From: Selaginella moellendorffii
Lineage: Eukaryota > Plantae > Lycopodiophyta
Assembly (NCBI RefSeq): GCF_000143415.4
Contig: NW_003314303.1
Location: forward strand, 987,389 to 1,051,388
DNA length: 64,000 nt
Reading direction: 5' to 3'
Shown here: positions 1-11,987 of the stretch, one piece after another
Position numbering within the stretch: the first letter of the stretch is position 1
How the letters are laid out: the number at the start of each line of letters is the position of its first letter
Made by a program: the position numbers and the translations under genes
The notes under the pieces: model-generated
Databases searched by the model: none
What the model was told of the DNA's origin: nothing
What the model saw: the letters and a program-made list of their open reading frames with translations, nothing else

Positions 1-10
1 TCTCATCACT

Positions 11-330
11 GTGATCTTGGTGCTCGCACAGCATGGCTACGTCCAATCCCCGAGAACAGCCTTTGAGCGATTTGAAAAGAAGCAGGATCATCGCGGTCTA
101 TGTCCACAACGGACGCGTGAGCGAGGCACTGGATCTCTTTCGAGAGATGATCTTGCTGGCTTTCAAGGCAGACGAGACCATCTTCACGCACTCGCAAGCT
201 GGCCTTCCTGTGCATCAGCTTGCATCATCACAGTGGATGTCACAGCGTTTATCTCTGGCACTTCGACGAAGATTTTCACTGCTTCCTTCGATAATCTGCG
301 GCTGACCAGCGAGGACAAGAGAGTGTTGTA
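11..330 (+). pseudogene. PPR (PLS-type) gene fragment, frameshifted
   Basis: PPR-like peptides in two frames: LAQHGYVQSPRTAFERF and IIAVYVHNGRVSEALDLFREMILLAFKADETIF. Confidence 0.6.
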
Positions 331-393
331 AGACAACAGGTTGTGGTCGGGCATGTGCTCAAAGAAGTCTTTGCAGTGGTGGACGTCGGGTGC

Positions 394-1140
394 TTAACAA
401 GCGAGCATGGTGTTCCAGGAGACCATGTCCAGGCACGCCAAAGCATCAAACACTGCTCGAGCATTGTGGCTCTTGGAGTGATCGGCGTATGTTGGTCCAG
501 GCTGCCAAGCAACTGGGATCGTCGAGTGTGGTTTCTTGCATGATCTGGAACGAACTCTCGCCATCTTGTACATGCCCAAACCGTGCAGATGCCCGAAGCA
601 TCACGCTCGAGGTGATTGAGCTTCGCTCTGGCATAATCGCAAACAGTTGCTTCGCATGCGCGTAAGTTCTTAACATAGTTGTCCAGGAAATCATGCTTCT
701 TCCAAAACACAATATTGCAAGCAGGCATTGCGTCAAAGGGATATTTCGCCACGGAGAAATCCCCAGCCTGGGCAAATGCCGAGATTATAGTGTTCTAGGC
801 AGCTAGCGTTCTTGCGCCGACGCTCTGGAACACAGCCATAGCCTTGCCGTGTTGCCACTGAGAACATAGCGAGAACTCATAGCCGCCCACGTGTACTCGT
901 CGTGAGCGGGCATCATTTGAAAAAGCTCCATGGCGTTACTGTAATGCCCCTTCTGGGCATATGCAACAATCATGGAGTTCCACGACACCACGTTCCTCAC
1001 GTACTATTCTCGAACATACATTGCGCGAGATCCACAAGGCCGTTCTCGGCATAGGCATTCATCACAGCCGTCCACGCGACCACGGGCATCCTGTCAAAGA
1101 CCCGGCAAGCGTCGTCCAGATGCCCCATCTGGGTGGAGGA
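394..1140 (-). pseudogene. PPR pseudogene
   Basis: Minus-strand peptides QMGHLDDACRVFDRMPVVAWTAVMNAYAENGLVDLA, RNVVSWNSMIVAYAQKGHYSNAMELFQMMP and ARAVFDALACLDMVSWNTML, broken by frameshifts and stops. Confidence 0.85.
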
Positions 1141-1294
1141 GGATTATTCCGGAGAAGGAAATGGGATCTTTGATGCCATTGGCAATCCTGCGAGGGGAAT
1201 CTTCTACTTGCTGCTCGTTTGCGCGAGGAGGAAGAGAGTCATCCATGCAAACTTGCCAATTCCCCCGGCCACGCGACTGTTGGTCTGGGAAAAG

Positions 1295-1600
1295 AATCGC
1301 GGTCGTGTCGCTGGAGCAGCAGCTGGAATTCGCAAGGAAGGGGCATGTTTGCGTCCGGGGATTGTTCTCCAGCGCTGGATCCACGCCCAAATGTGCGAGG
1401 AGGAAGAAATGCTCGCGGCTTACAAACACCGCGTCTTGGTGCTGTACAGGCCCGGGCATCGATTTGCGTCGCGTCACAGCGTTGATCCAATCCAAGGTAT
1501 ATAAGTTCTGTTGATAGACATCTTTTCTCTCTTGTTGTTCCAGGGGAATGACGAGCTTGGTTTCCTGCAAATGTTCCATCTCCACCGAAGAGCTTCTTCT
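1295..1600 (+). pseudogene. possible phytanoyl-CoA dioxygenase (PhyH)-like N-terminal fragment
   Basis: VSLEQQLEFARKGHVCVRGLFS resembles the PhyH N-terminal 'F-x-x-x-G-x-x-x-x-R-x-x-F-S' pattern; frameshifted and truncated after ELGFLQMFHLHRR. Confidence 0.3.
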
Positions 1601-3726
1601 CTTCTTCCACCCTCGAGTCTGCCTGCCAGGCCGCAGCGGAGCTCCTGGGATCAAACAGAGTCGACCGACAAGCTTTTCGTTTTCCTTCTTCTAAGGACAA
1701 ACGTAACATGTGTCGTTTTTAGTGATTTTTAAAGGTAAGAGTCACATGATATATTTTGAGCTTGGTATCATGGTAGTAAATGTAAGAACTTCGTCCCTGG
1801 ATTTATAGGTTTTCGCTTGTACCAGGAGTCTCTTCATCAAGCTCCCAGGATTCAGTGTCACGAAGTGGTACTCTGATCTCAACATAGTCCCGCTCGACAC
1901 TCACGTTTTGGATTCCACTCCATTCACTGTCAAAAAAGGCTTCAAATTTTCGCCCGTCACAGCCTAGATTTCCAGCTTCTCTCAGACGACGACTTCCTAT
2001 GCTGCGGAAACCACCAGCTAGAGACAAACTATGACTCCAAAATATTGATTACTTAATAATTATCCTGAATAAATATTTTTAAACTTTCAAAAGCAGAGTT
2101 TCTTCCAAATGTTTCTGCCTACCACAAGCTTGGGCTTAGACATCTAATGCAACGCAAGTCAAACATAGACTTGCAATGAACAGTTACAGCAGCAGTTGCA
2201 AGCATGCTAGGTATATGGCAAAACACAAGGAAAAACAAGTGACAAAAAAGTGAAGAAAAAAATAACGTAATACATTATTCTTATAGACCAAGGGTCCAAC
2301 ACTAGAAAATTTTGTAATAGCATCCTGCAGCTGCTTAGAAGTTTCTGAAGTTTCTTTTCAGATTATCCCTTCGATTTAAGTACTTCTCAAAACCTGAAAA
2401 GGTAGTAGCATCAAATCTCAACACATCAACTACGGCATCAAGCTCTGTTAAAACCATAACATGGATGGGCAATATGCTCCAGATTCAACAAACCACGATT
2501 GATCTCATGCTTTAATGCTCAAGGAAGAAAAATAAATTATCAAAAGAAAGTGTGTTATGAGGGAACAGATGCTGATTGGAGTTCATTCAACTCCAGTGAA
2601 ACATCAAAGTGTAACATCCCTTTAGTCAAAAGTTTCAATTCGTTTTTCATACATCTTATTCACATTCTATTCAGATGTTGATCAGATTACCAGTTCTCTT
2701 TGATACAGTCGAACGTGCACACAGCCAATGGAGAAGACAAGATGATCAAATAGCAAAGGATGGAACAGTATCATTAGAGAAAACTCCCAAGGAATTCATG
2801 TCATTCGAAATATTCCTATAGATCGCCTTGATTTTGTTCTCTCCTGGGAAGGAGGAATACAACTGTACGTGTTCAAATCTTTGGCTTGATGTACTGTATA
2901 GATACCAAGGAAATCATACAATTCTACTACAAGATTCAGAAATCCCCGGCTTGTATTAACCAGTATTTGATTCTCTTCTGGAAGTTGAAAGCTATCACTT
3001 TCACAGCCCAAATTCAACGAGCTTATATTCCAAAACCATGCTATAAAACAAAAAACTGCGTCACTCTTCGTGATGGTATATGAGGTAATCCGCGTGATGA
3101 GAGAAAAAAATCTGCAAGTTTAGCTCGTTAGATTCGAGAACAACAAAATGATTTTGCTGAGTAGGAAAGCATGTTTCTGTTACAATTTTCCGTGGCGGCC
3201 GGGATTGGACGGCGGGTCAAGGGAGCCGATCAAATCTTCCTTGTTTGCTTGCGTGGTGATCTTGGTAGAGGTAGCAGTCTCCTGAGATTTGGTCCCTGGA
3301 TGATTCACTCGGGTCCCTCCCTTTGCTTTAGAACTTTTCACAGGGGATCAAAGATTTATGCCCCCCACCTCGTGTCGACGACTTTCGGCCTTGCGTTTGT
3401 CATCTACTGAGTAGCAGCATCTCGCAAGCGATTGCTTAGTCTTCGTTAGTCAGTCTGTTCACCTGACGAATGCGAATTAGTAACTGCACAAGACGTACCT
3501 TGACACCGACAGTTTACTGTGCGGCTACGAGGTCAACACCTTGGAACTTCATACCTCTCAGAGCTCTCCTGGTATAAATACTTGACACTTCCTTCCACTC
3601 GAGGTCAGTATCTTAAACTTCCTTGGTTGTCTCCGCCCCTCTTCTCGGAAAAGTTGGCTGCTCCTGTCCTGAAGCAAGCTCGTCCCTTGTTTGGTCACAA
3701 TAGCGTCGTCTCTGTATACCAGACTT

Positions 3727-4783
3727 ATGGAGGGCGGAAGCGCTGCTACACAGCAGGAGAGGACCTCCAGCGTCGACTGGAGAAACCAACAGCAGAACAA
3801 GTGCTTCCCCATCGAGTGCTTGCCCGAAGATGGAGCCTTCAATGCACCTCTCACTGGACTTCCTCCTGTTCCCTCCCTCATTAAGAAGGTGATTTCTTGT
3901 TGGCATCCTTGCCCTGGCTCAGTTCTTTCTTTTCCAGCTGCTGTCCGAGTTCCTGGGAACTTTTATCCTGATCTTCGCAGCGGCCGGAACTGCGATCATG
4001 AACGAGAAATCCCACGGAGCTCTTGGAGTCCACGGCCTGGCTGGAGGAGCGGGTATCACGGTCATGGTCGTCATCTTTGCAACCGGGCACATCTCCGGAG
4101 CTCACATCAATCCTGCTGTAACTGTCGCATTTGCTACCTATCGCCATTTTCCATGGTTCCAGGTTTGACTTGTTGTAAAGTTGATGGAGCTTTGATTAAG
4201 TTTTCCCGTGCCCCGCAGGTCCCGCTTTATATAATCACTCAAGTGGTGGCCACCATCTGTGCTGCCTTCGTTCTCAAAGGCGTCTATCACCCGGATCTCA
4301 GTGGCGGCTGCACGGTTCCAGTCGGTCCGATATGGCAGAACTTTCTGTTTGAGACTATCCTGACTGCCATGATGATGTTCGTGGTCACAGCAGTTGCTAC
4401 CGATTCCAGAGCTGTACGTTTTAACGTTGGTTTTGCTTTTCTTCTCGTCTCTTACGTTGATCTTGATCACAGGTTGGAGAGTTGGCTGGTATTGCTGTCG
4501 GAGCAACAGTTTATCTGAACAATCTCATTGCAGCGTGAGTCGTTTTCAGTAGCTCGCTAGCTTTTAGTTACCTGAAATTTTGGCCAGGCTGATTTCCGGA
4601 GCGTCCATGAACCCGGTTCGTAGCTTGGGTCCCGCCATCGCTGCGAACAACTTTCATGGCTTTTGGATTTATATTGTTGGTCCTTTCCTCGGCGCTCAGA
4701 TTGGTGCTGCCGCCTACACTCTGATCCGTTTCAAGGACCTGGAACCACAGCAGCTCCAGCAGCGCCGAAGCTTCAAGAAGTGA
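3727..4783 (+). CDS. NIP aquaporin (NIP II, NIP5;1/NIP6;1-like), 5 exons, NPA/NPV
   Basis: SEFLGTFILIF, GHISGAHINPAVT, VATDSRAVGELAGIAVGA, SGASMNPVRSLGPA and C-terminal RRSFKK; four short GT-AG introns at NIP-typical positions. Confidence 0.95.
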
Positions 4784-5976
4784 GAACAGAAGCAGCTTCA
4801 AATGTACAAAGCTATTTGTGTGCTGTTTGTGCTCAATAACTTCGGATGAAATAAGCGAGGAAAACAAGAAAGCAAACAAGAAAGCAATCACGAATCATGT
4901 GGATTGATGTGTGTGGTATGTACGTACTACAGAAGACATTTTTAAGTGTGCATAATTCAAATCCTAAAGAAAAGAAAAAACCGAGGGAGAGTCAAAAGCG
5001 TTATACAGTTGTTGACACGATTTAATATAAGTCTGCAAACAGCAATGTGGAGGCTTCCAACGGAATTGGTAAAGGACCAAAAAAGCATGGGATGGATAAT
5101 CAAAGAGAAGGCACCAAGCATGACGCAGAGACAAACAAAACGTCTTTTTGAGGCTAGCCGGGGAAAAACAAAGCTAGCAACCCATGCGTTTTGTACTTGC
5201 CTGTAGCCCGATGGTGTAGGAAGAATTGTCCCGAGTGGTGTCCATAGGTGCATGACTTTGGATCAACACGATCAACAGTCCTGACATTCCCCCTGTTCTA
5301 TAAACATCAGTTTAACATCCGCTTAACTTCTACCTTACCGCAGCTAACTTGCACGAAAGACCACACTGCTCCATGGCTCCATAGTTCCTTTTGGTTGTCC
5401 TAAGATGGAAGTGTTCCAAGATTCGTCATCCGAGTGACCTCCAAATGCGTTTCGAAATAGCAAGCTAGCGTGGACGGACGGCCGAATGGTACGGCTGTCG
5501 CATTGCAGGGAAGGCAAGATGCTTGCTCCTCGTCTCTCATTTCCGGAAAGAAGGCTTGCTTCCACTGTCTTCTCCGTAGGGACAGTAGGGGGCTACGTCT
5601 CCCACATTCGAATCTGTACAAAAGAGATATAGACGGACTAAGGAAGAAAAATAAGAATGAGTACCGTGTATCATGGTTGCGTTGTTAGAATCACCATATC
5701 AAACGATCCGATCTCGCAAAGAGATTTTGATCTCAGGCCCTGTACACGAATTAAAAAAAGTTAAAATGCACAGACGAGAGCAGCTTTCTTACTACAGTTT
5801 AGCGTAGGGACCTCCAAAGATTAAGAAAAGCACGCTCGTAGCTATATAAACCGTGCCATGTTGCCAAAGTAGTGTGTGCTTGAGTGCCTTAGCACTTAGT
5901 TTCTCGAAGCTATAGCCATTTCCTCCTTTCTTTGCTGGACCTTCCTGTAATCCATCAACATCCGCCAGTGAGCAGC

Positions 5977-7138
5977 ATGGCCGAGCAGCAGCGAGAAGCC
6001 GAGCACGTTGCTGCAAATCCTTTACCTTTCCATGCTGCTGCTGCTGCAATCGCCGAGAGAACTTCGAGCGTAGATAAACGTGTTCAGGGCCGGACGTCGA
6101 GTGTTGACCACAGGAATGCCGCTCACAAGTGCTTCCCGCTGGAGCTCGTCGAGGAAGGGCGCTTTGACGACGAGCCAACAGGATACTCCACCGGTTACTC
6201 GCTGCTCAAGAAGGTTGATTGCCAGCACAATTCCGTCCCTCTAACTTTGCTTGGTTTTCTCGAAACTGACATCCATCCAAAGTGCAGATCGCTTCTGAGT
6301 TCCTCGGCACCTTCATTCTCATCTTTGCAGCCGCAGGCACAGCCATCATGAACGAGAAATCTCACGGCGCGCTGGGAATCCAGGGACTCGCAGGCGGAGC
6401 CGGCATCACGGTGATGATTGTCATCTTTGCAACCGGCCACATCTCAGGAGCTCACATCAACCCGGCAGTCACTCTTGCTTTTGCCACTTTCCGCCACTTC
6501 CCGTGGATTCAGGTTCTTCCACCGACCACTCAATTTCTTCAAGCTTGCTCCGGGTCCGACTTAACTTGCGTCTTCAGGTGCCTTTGTATATCGCAGCTCA
6601 AGTGACAGCCTCCATCTCGGCATCCTTTCTTCTCAAGGGGATCTACCATCCCGATTTGGCCGGCGGTGTCACTGTTCCTGCTGGTACTCATTGGCAGTCA
6701 TTCCTCTTCGAGATCATTCTCACTGCCATCATGATGTTCGTCGTCACCTCAGTGGCCACTGACACCCGTGCTGTACGTCTTTCTTTATCTTCGCTTGTCA
6801 AGCTTCATCTTCCGCTGGATTCTCTTCACAGGTCGGGGAGTTGGCCGGAATCGCTGTTGGCGCAACGGTTTTCCTCAACAATCTTATCGCCGGGTAAGCG
6901 AATCGTCGCGCTCGGATAATCTTTCACTGTGCTCAAACAGTTGCCTTGTACTGACAGCCTGATCTCTGGAGCTTCGATGAACCCGTGCCGCTCGTTAGGC
7001 CCCGCGATTGCTGCTAACAACTTCAAAGGCTTCTGGATCTACGTAATTGGTCCGCTTATCGGCACCCAGCTCGGGGCAGCAGCATACACTGCCATCCGAT
7101 TCAAGGAGCTGGAACGTCCCAAAAGCTTCAGAAGATGA
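5977..7138 (+). CDS. NIP aquaporin, tandem paralog, 5 exons, NPA/NPC
   Basis: SEFLGTFILIF, GHISGAHINPAVT, SGASMNPCRSLGPA and C-terminal KSFRR; same intron positions as the upstream copy. Confidence 0.95.
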
Positions 7139-7390
7139 ACAGGAATGCCACTACTGTACGTGAAGGTTAGTGAGGATGAATGTAAGTCCTGTACCTGTAA
7201 ATCCATATGTAAAATGCTGGTCCCAGTTGACCTCAATAGTTTGGTTTCTGATCACTGCTTACAGCTACGAGTGTGTCATTCTCAACATTAATAAAACAAG
7301 GAAACTGTGCTTGAAAATGACGAATGATTCATTTTTTACTATGTATGATACAGCTCATTTCATAAAACATACCGTATATCTGGAGGGCAA

Positions 7391-10206
7391 CTAGCCGGCC
7401 TTCTTGCCAAACCAGCTCTTTGATCTCACTCTCTTACCCTCCAGTGCCTGCAAAACAGCTGATCAAGTTAAAGGCAAATGGAGACAATGAACATACCATT
7501 TGCTTGAAACGCCTTAAAGTAAGTACCGCACGATCGCGAAGCCTGCAGGTCGGCGATGGAACTTTACATCAACAAGTCGCCCATCTAAGTAGTCTTACCG
7601 ATTATCTTTGAAAGCCAGCATGTGCTCTTTCCCATCGCTGCTTATTATTGCGCACTGAATAAACTGTCCCAAAATGACCCGCACCTGCACGATATAACAG
7701 TCACAAAACCAGTCGACAATTTCGGAAACACCTGCTTACATTAACGTCTGAAGTGTAACTTTCCTTAACCAACCGTACGCCGTTTCGTATTATTTGATAG
7801 CTCAAACGTTTGATTATCAAAGTTCCAGGTTCCCAGTCTTCAGTTCCGTCCTTCTGAAACATTAGGTACCACTCGGAGATCAAAGATGGACACGGACTTA
7901 TGCAGGAAAACTGCTCATAGTGCATCTAGCTATGTTCATGGTGCATTCAGAAAAGAAATGTGGACAGACCATAACCGTCACATCGAACTGAGCCTGAGCA
8001 GCCGCAATATGAACATTGATTTGATCGTCCATGGTTGCATCTGCATACCAGCGGCATTCACAACCACAACAATTACTTCACTGTAAAGCCTTACCGCATT
8101 TGATTATGTTTTGATTGTTTGCAAACTCAATCACTTCCTCTCCCTGCAAAGAGAACTTATAAAAACCACGATGATAATGCAAGGTTTACCTTCCGTCCTC
8201 GATCATCCATAGGACAACATTGTATTGCGATAAAGGTTTCACAATCATCAGCACTTAGAGTGTATTCGGTTTGAGACGCGCCTAGAAAAACAATGATAAT
8301 AGCATGGAAGCTGAGGTGTATACAAAAAGAACGTACCATCAATATCCTCGGCACCATCTTGGTAATACCGTATCCACTGCAAAAAAACTTAGTAAATCCG
8401 TACTACAGCTTAATTCAAACCTGAAAATTGCAAAGAGCAGTTCCGTTGATGGAATGGCCACAAACAGTCAGTTTGCTTCCCAGCACTGCATCTCCCACAA
8501 TTCGCAGGCCAGCAACAGCAGGCAAAGGATCTTCTTCTGCAGGTGAAACATCGTCAGCAATAGTATTTCGCGTTTAAGTTTGACAAAACACCTGCGTGGT
8601 TAGGCTCCTCGGGTAATGATGGCAAATGTGGAGAACGCTTATGATCGTAATTGGTCCTGATGTCTGGATCATCACCCTCAATAGAATGGAAATTTTCGTG
8701 TAAATCTGTATTGTGCTTAGGAACCATTCTGTTTTCCGGAACTTAGCAAAGTTATCAAATGCGAAATAAGCACACTTACTCTTGCATATGCATATACTCG
8801 GGAGTACCAACAGATCGCGTCGTGTTGACGTTCAAAGAGGAAGGCGATGTAGGCCTTTGAATTTGAGGATAAATACTTTGAGGCACAAGTTCTAGTCCCC
8901 GCCCATTCTGCAGCTACTGCAGGAGGTAATTCACAAAACTAAAAATCGGGCCTTACAGGCGAGGGAGGAGCAAATCGAGGGGGTGATTGTACATTGGACG
9001 GAGACGGTGGCGTATACAACCATGGCCTGTAGAAACCTGGCTCTTTGATTCTTCTCTGCAAAACTAGCCTAGTAAGGAGGTTTCAGGTTCAATGACTTCA
9101 ACCAACCTCATCATTTACTCTGGACTTCAAATGTTGCACCAATGCCTGTACATCACACATATACAGGTTTACCATCTATGTCCAAGAATTCCTTACTTTC
9201 ACAGAGACGACGATTGATTGCGCATCTGTAGCTGGACGCAAATCAAACTCCTCCAGAAGTGGCAAGAGCGACGTCACAAGAAAGTTTCTTTCTTGTCCTA
9301 GAGCCTGCTCAATATCAGTTCAATAAACATTAATAAAAGAAGAAATAACGTTTTTTACTTGATTATCATAAGCAAGCTTCATATTTTTCTCAGCAAGCTC
9401 TTCACGAATCGTCAAGGCTTTTGACGTTGCATCAGCGACAGATTGCTGCTCCCGATAGTAGAACTGTAAAAACAAATAAAATAAAGTAGAGTATCACCGA
9501 CGGAAAGCACTAACCACTTGTAGTTCTGCCATTTTTCTTTCCAAACTAGTGTTCTCAGCAAGAAGTTGTGTTTCCTGTGCACGGGAAGAGTTAACCAGAC
9601 AGCGGATAATAGCAAGAGGGAGTACCCTTATAGTGGCCTCATAGAGTTTGCTCCGAAGATGACGGACTTCCTCCTCGTGCGTCCTCGTCGAAGCCAGTGT
9701 CATGTCCTGCCAATTAAATGGGATATAATACACGAATAAATTCGACAGCTACCGGTCTGAATGGAGGCACAGCATCCGACTTAACGTCCGCCCCATTTTC
9801 TGTGTTCGTGTTCCCATTTGCAGGAACGCGTTCTTGCGAGATTGTTTCCTCCTCTGGCTTTCGCGAGACAGCATTTTTCTTCTGCAAATGGAAGATGATT
9901 TACCTGGTTTGGAGGACAAGGTAAAGGAGGGTAACTTACCAGAGTTGCAATTTCATGCTGGGCGCTCTGTAGAGCAGTACGCAGGTGATTCGCCTCGGCA
10001 GCCTTAACAATTCAGTCAGATGTGTGAGAGAGTGAAAAATGTTAAAATTCTACCTTCTCCGTAAGTGCAATTTCGGCCTTTTCGAGAAGATCATAGACTT
10101 CTACGGGATCCCTGAATCCATTCTCAAGCTCTGTCCCACCATTAGCATGCGCCTGATTCCCATGGAAGCGTCCAGCACTGTCGGTGTATCTAATAGCGGC
10201 TTGCAT
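7391..10206 (-). CDS. conserved plant coiled-coil protein with C-terminal Ig-like region (At5g08440/At5g23490-like), multi-exon
   Basis: Spliced exons give EEEVRHLRSKLYEA, QERNFLVTSLLPLLEEFDLRPATDAQSIV, DPLPAVAGLRIVGDAVLGSKLTVCGHSINGTALCNFQ, YTLSADDCETFIAIQCCPMDDRGRK, WEPGTLIIKR and RDRAVLTLRRF...SWFGKKAG*; start codon inferred. Confidence 0.8.
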
Positions 10207-10469
10207 TCTTCCGATAAAATCCCTGCGAGAATTCTAGGCCCCTACATGCCGCACCAAAGCTCCAGCCCTAGGAGACAGAGCTTCAGATCCACCTGATTTC
10301 GATCCAAATCGCGAGAGCGCCCCCGATCGTGAGCTGCTGCTGCTGGGAGAAATCGCCTCCGGCACGAAATCGCGATCGCGGGCCACCCCGCATTGCTCCA
10401 AGGCGCTTTGGCCAGACCTCCAAAAATGCAATACGAAATAAAAACCCTATCATAAGAACACAGTGACGA

Positions 10470-10715
10470 CCTTGACGTCCGCGCCGCCCTTCAACACGGC
10501 ATTTTCCACGTCGTTCAGTCCACGTCATTAGTTACATTAAAAGCGATGGCTTTCGTTTAATCCAACGGCAGTAAGAAATGCGCTCGAATATTCCACCACA
10601 AATATACGAATATTCTACCACGAAGCTTTACACAAGGAGGAGCGAGAAAGCGGGCGAAGGAAAAAATATACCTAGCTTGTTCTGGGCGGGAAATGGCGAT
10701 GGCGGGGGTATAAAA
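10470..10715. promoter_or_regulatory. compact divergent promoter with ACGT-core (G-box/ABRE-like) elements and TATA box
   Basis: TGACGTC, CCACGTCG and CCACGTCA at ~10473-10527; TATAAAA at ~10709 upstream of the LEA_2 ORF. Confidence 0.35.
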
Positions 10716-10724
10716 TGGGGCGCC

Positions 10725-11897
10725 ATGGATGGAGATCTCACAGCGAGAGCGATGGATCAAGGAGTGCAATCGCGCTTGCAGGTAGAGATTATCAGCAATT
10801 CGGCCGGGTCGAGCAGCGTCGGCGTGGATCTCCAGGTCAGGAACGCGCAGCGATTCCCCGTTCACGTCATGGACATCGAGGTGCTGATCGAGGAGCCCGG
10901 CCGCGAGGAGCGTGAGCGCAAGGCCGCGAGCGCCAAGCTCGATCACTCGTGCATCGTCCAGCCGCGCTCCTCCAAGCTCGTCAAGATCCCGCTCGCGAGC
11001 TTAATCCGGCCCAGCGCCACGCCGGTGCCGTACATGCTCCGGGCCAATGTGGCCATGAAGGACCGAGTGCACGGCGCGTACCAGGTAAGTACGGAACGCG
11101 TACGGCAGATGTTCTTCAAGGACGCCGCTGACAAGAAGGTCAAGGCCGTGGAGAGAAAGCACTTGGATGGAGGCATCGAAGGGATTCACGTATGGACCAA
11201 CTTTCCAAAGGAGGTGGTGGTGGCTTTCGACTTCCAAGTGAAAAACTCCAACTTTCTGCCGCTCAAGCTCCTCCACGCCGATTTCTCCGTCATGAGTGAT
11301 GGCACGAAGATCCTGGAGACGAAAGTGGTCCACAACACGAGCATCCCAGGGAAGTCGTCGGCTAGAATCAAGATGAAGCTTTCGATCCCGCTCAAGATCA
11401 TACGTGACAGCTTCCCCGGTGGGCTCCCTTCGTCCGTTCTTCCAGTCCAGATGGACATCTCCTTCTGGTTCAAGGAGACTTTCTACGGCCTCTACAAGAT
11501 CGATGCTCGCAAGACGGGCGTGCTGGTCGTGCCCGAGGCGCCGGCGATCGCGATCCACAAGGTGGTGTTCACTTTCGACGAGGATAACAAGCCGGTTGCG
11601 AGACTGGAGCTGCTGGTTTCCAACGCGAATGTCTTTGATCTGGAGCTCAAGAGCCTGGAGTACCAAGCCGTGTCGAAGGAGACAGGATCGACGCTCATGC
11701 TCGCGAAGTTTAAAGACGATGACGCCGTCATTGTCCCCGAAGGAGGAAAGGTTACCATCTGGGCTCTTGCGAAGCCTGGGACACACGAGTTTGGATCGGT
11801 GCTGTGGAAGCTCTACAAAGGCGAGCAGGACTACGTCGTAAAAACTTCGCTGGAGACCGAAACCGAGTTGTATGGTAAGATTGTTTTCCAAAGCTAG
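10725..11897 (+). CDS. intronless LEA_2/WHy-domain protein with three tandem domains (At2g44060/LEA26-like plus one extra domain)
   Basis: Three copies of the LEA_2 signature: DLQVRNAQRFPVHV, DFQVKNSNFLPLKL..MSDGTKI and LLVSNANVFDLELKSLEY; start could be the ATG at 10752. Confidence 0.75.
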   Translation: MDGDLTARAMDQGVQSRLQVEIISNSAGSSSVGVDLQVRNAQRFPVHVMDIEVLIEEPGREERERKAASAKLDHSCIVQPRSSKLVKIPLASLIRPSATPVPYMLRANVAMKDRVHGAYQVSTERVRQMFFKDAADKKVKAVERKHLDGGIEGIHVWTNFPKEVVVAFDFQVKNSNFLPLKLLHADFSVMSDGTKILETKVVHNTSIPGKSSARIKMKLSIPLKIIRDSFPGGLPSSVLPVQMDISFWFKETFYGLYKIDARKTGVLVVPEAPAIAIHKVVFTFDEDNKPVARLELLVSNANVFDLELKSLEYQAVSKETGSTLMLAKFKDDDAVIVPEGGKVTIWALAKPGTHEFGSVLWKLYKGEQDYVVKTSLETETELYGKIVFQS

Positions 11898-11987
11898 CTC
11901 CTGGTCTCGGAAGAAGGACGAAGAAAATCAGAACTCAAACGTGTATAACTTCTACCTTGGTCGATTGATTGTAAATATTTCCGGTGA

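Noticed and set aside
3580-3726. Boron-sensing AUG-stop minimal uORF as in Arabidopsis NIP5;1
   Set aside because: No ATG-stop is present in the presumed 5' UTR of either NIP.
11001-11891. 296-aa antisense ORF
   Set aside because: Shadow of the GC-rich, codon-biased LEA_2 gene.
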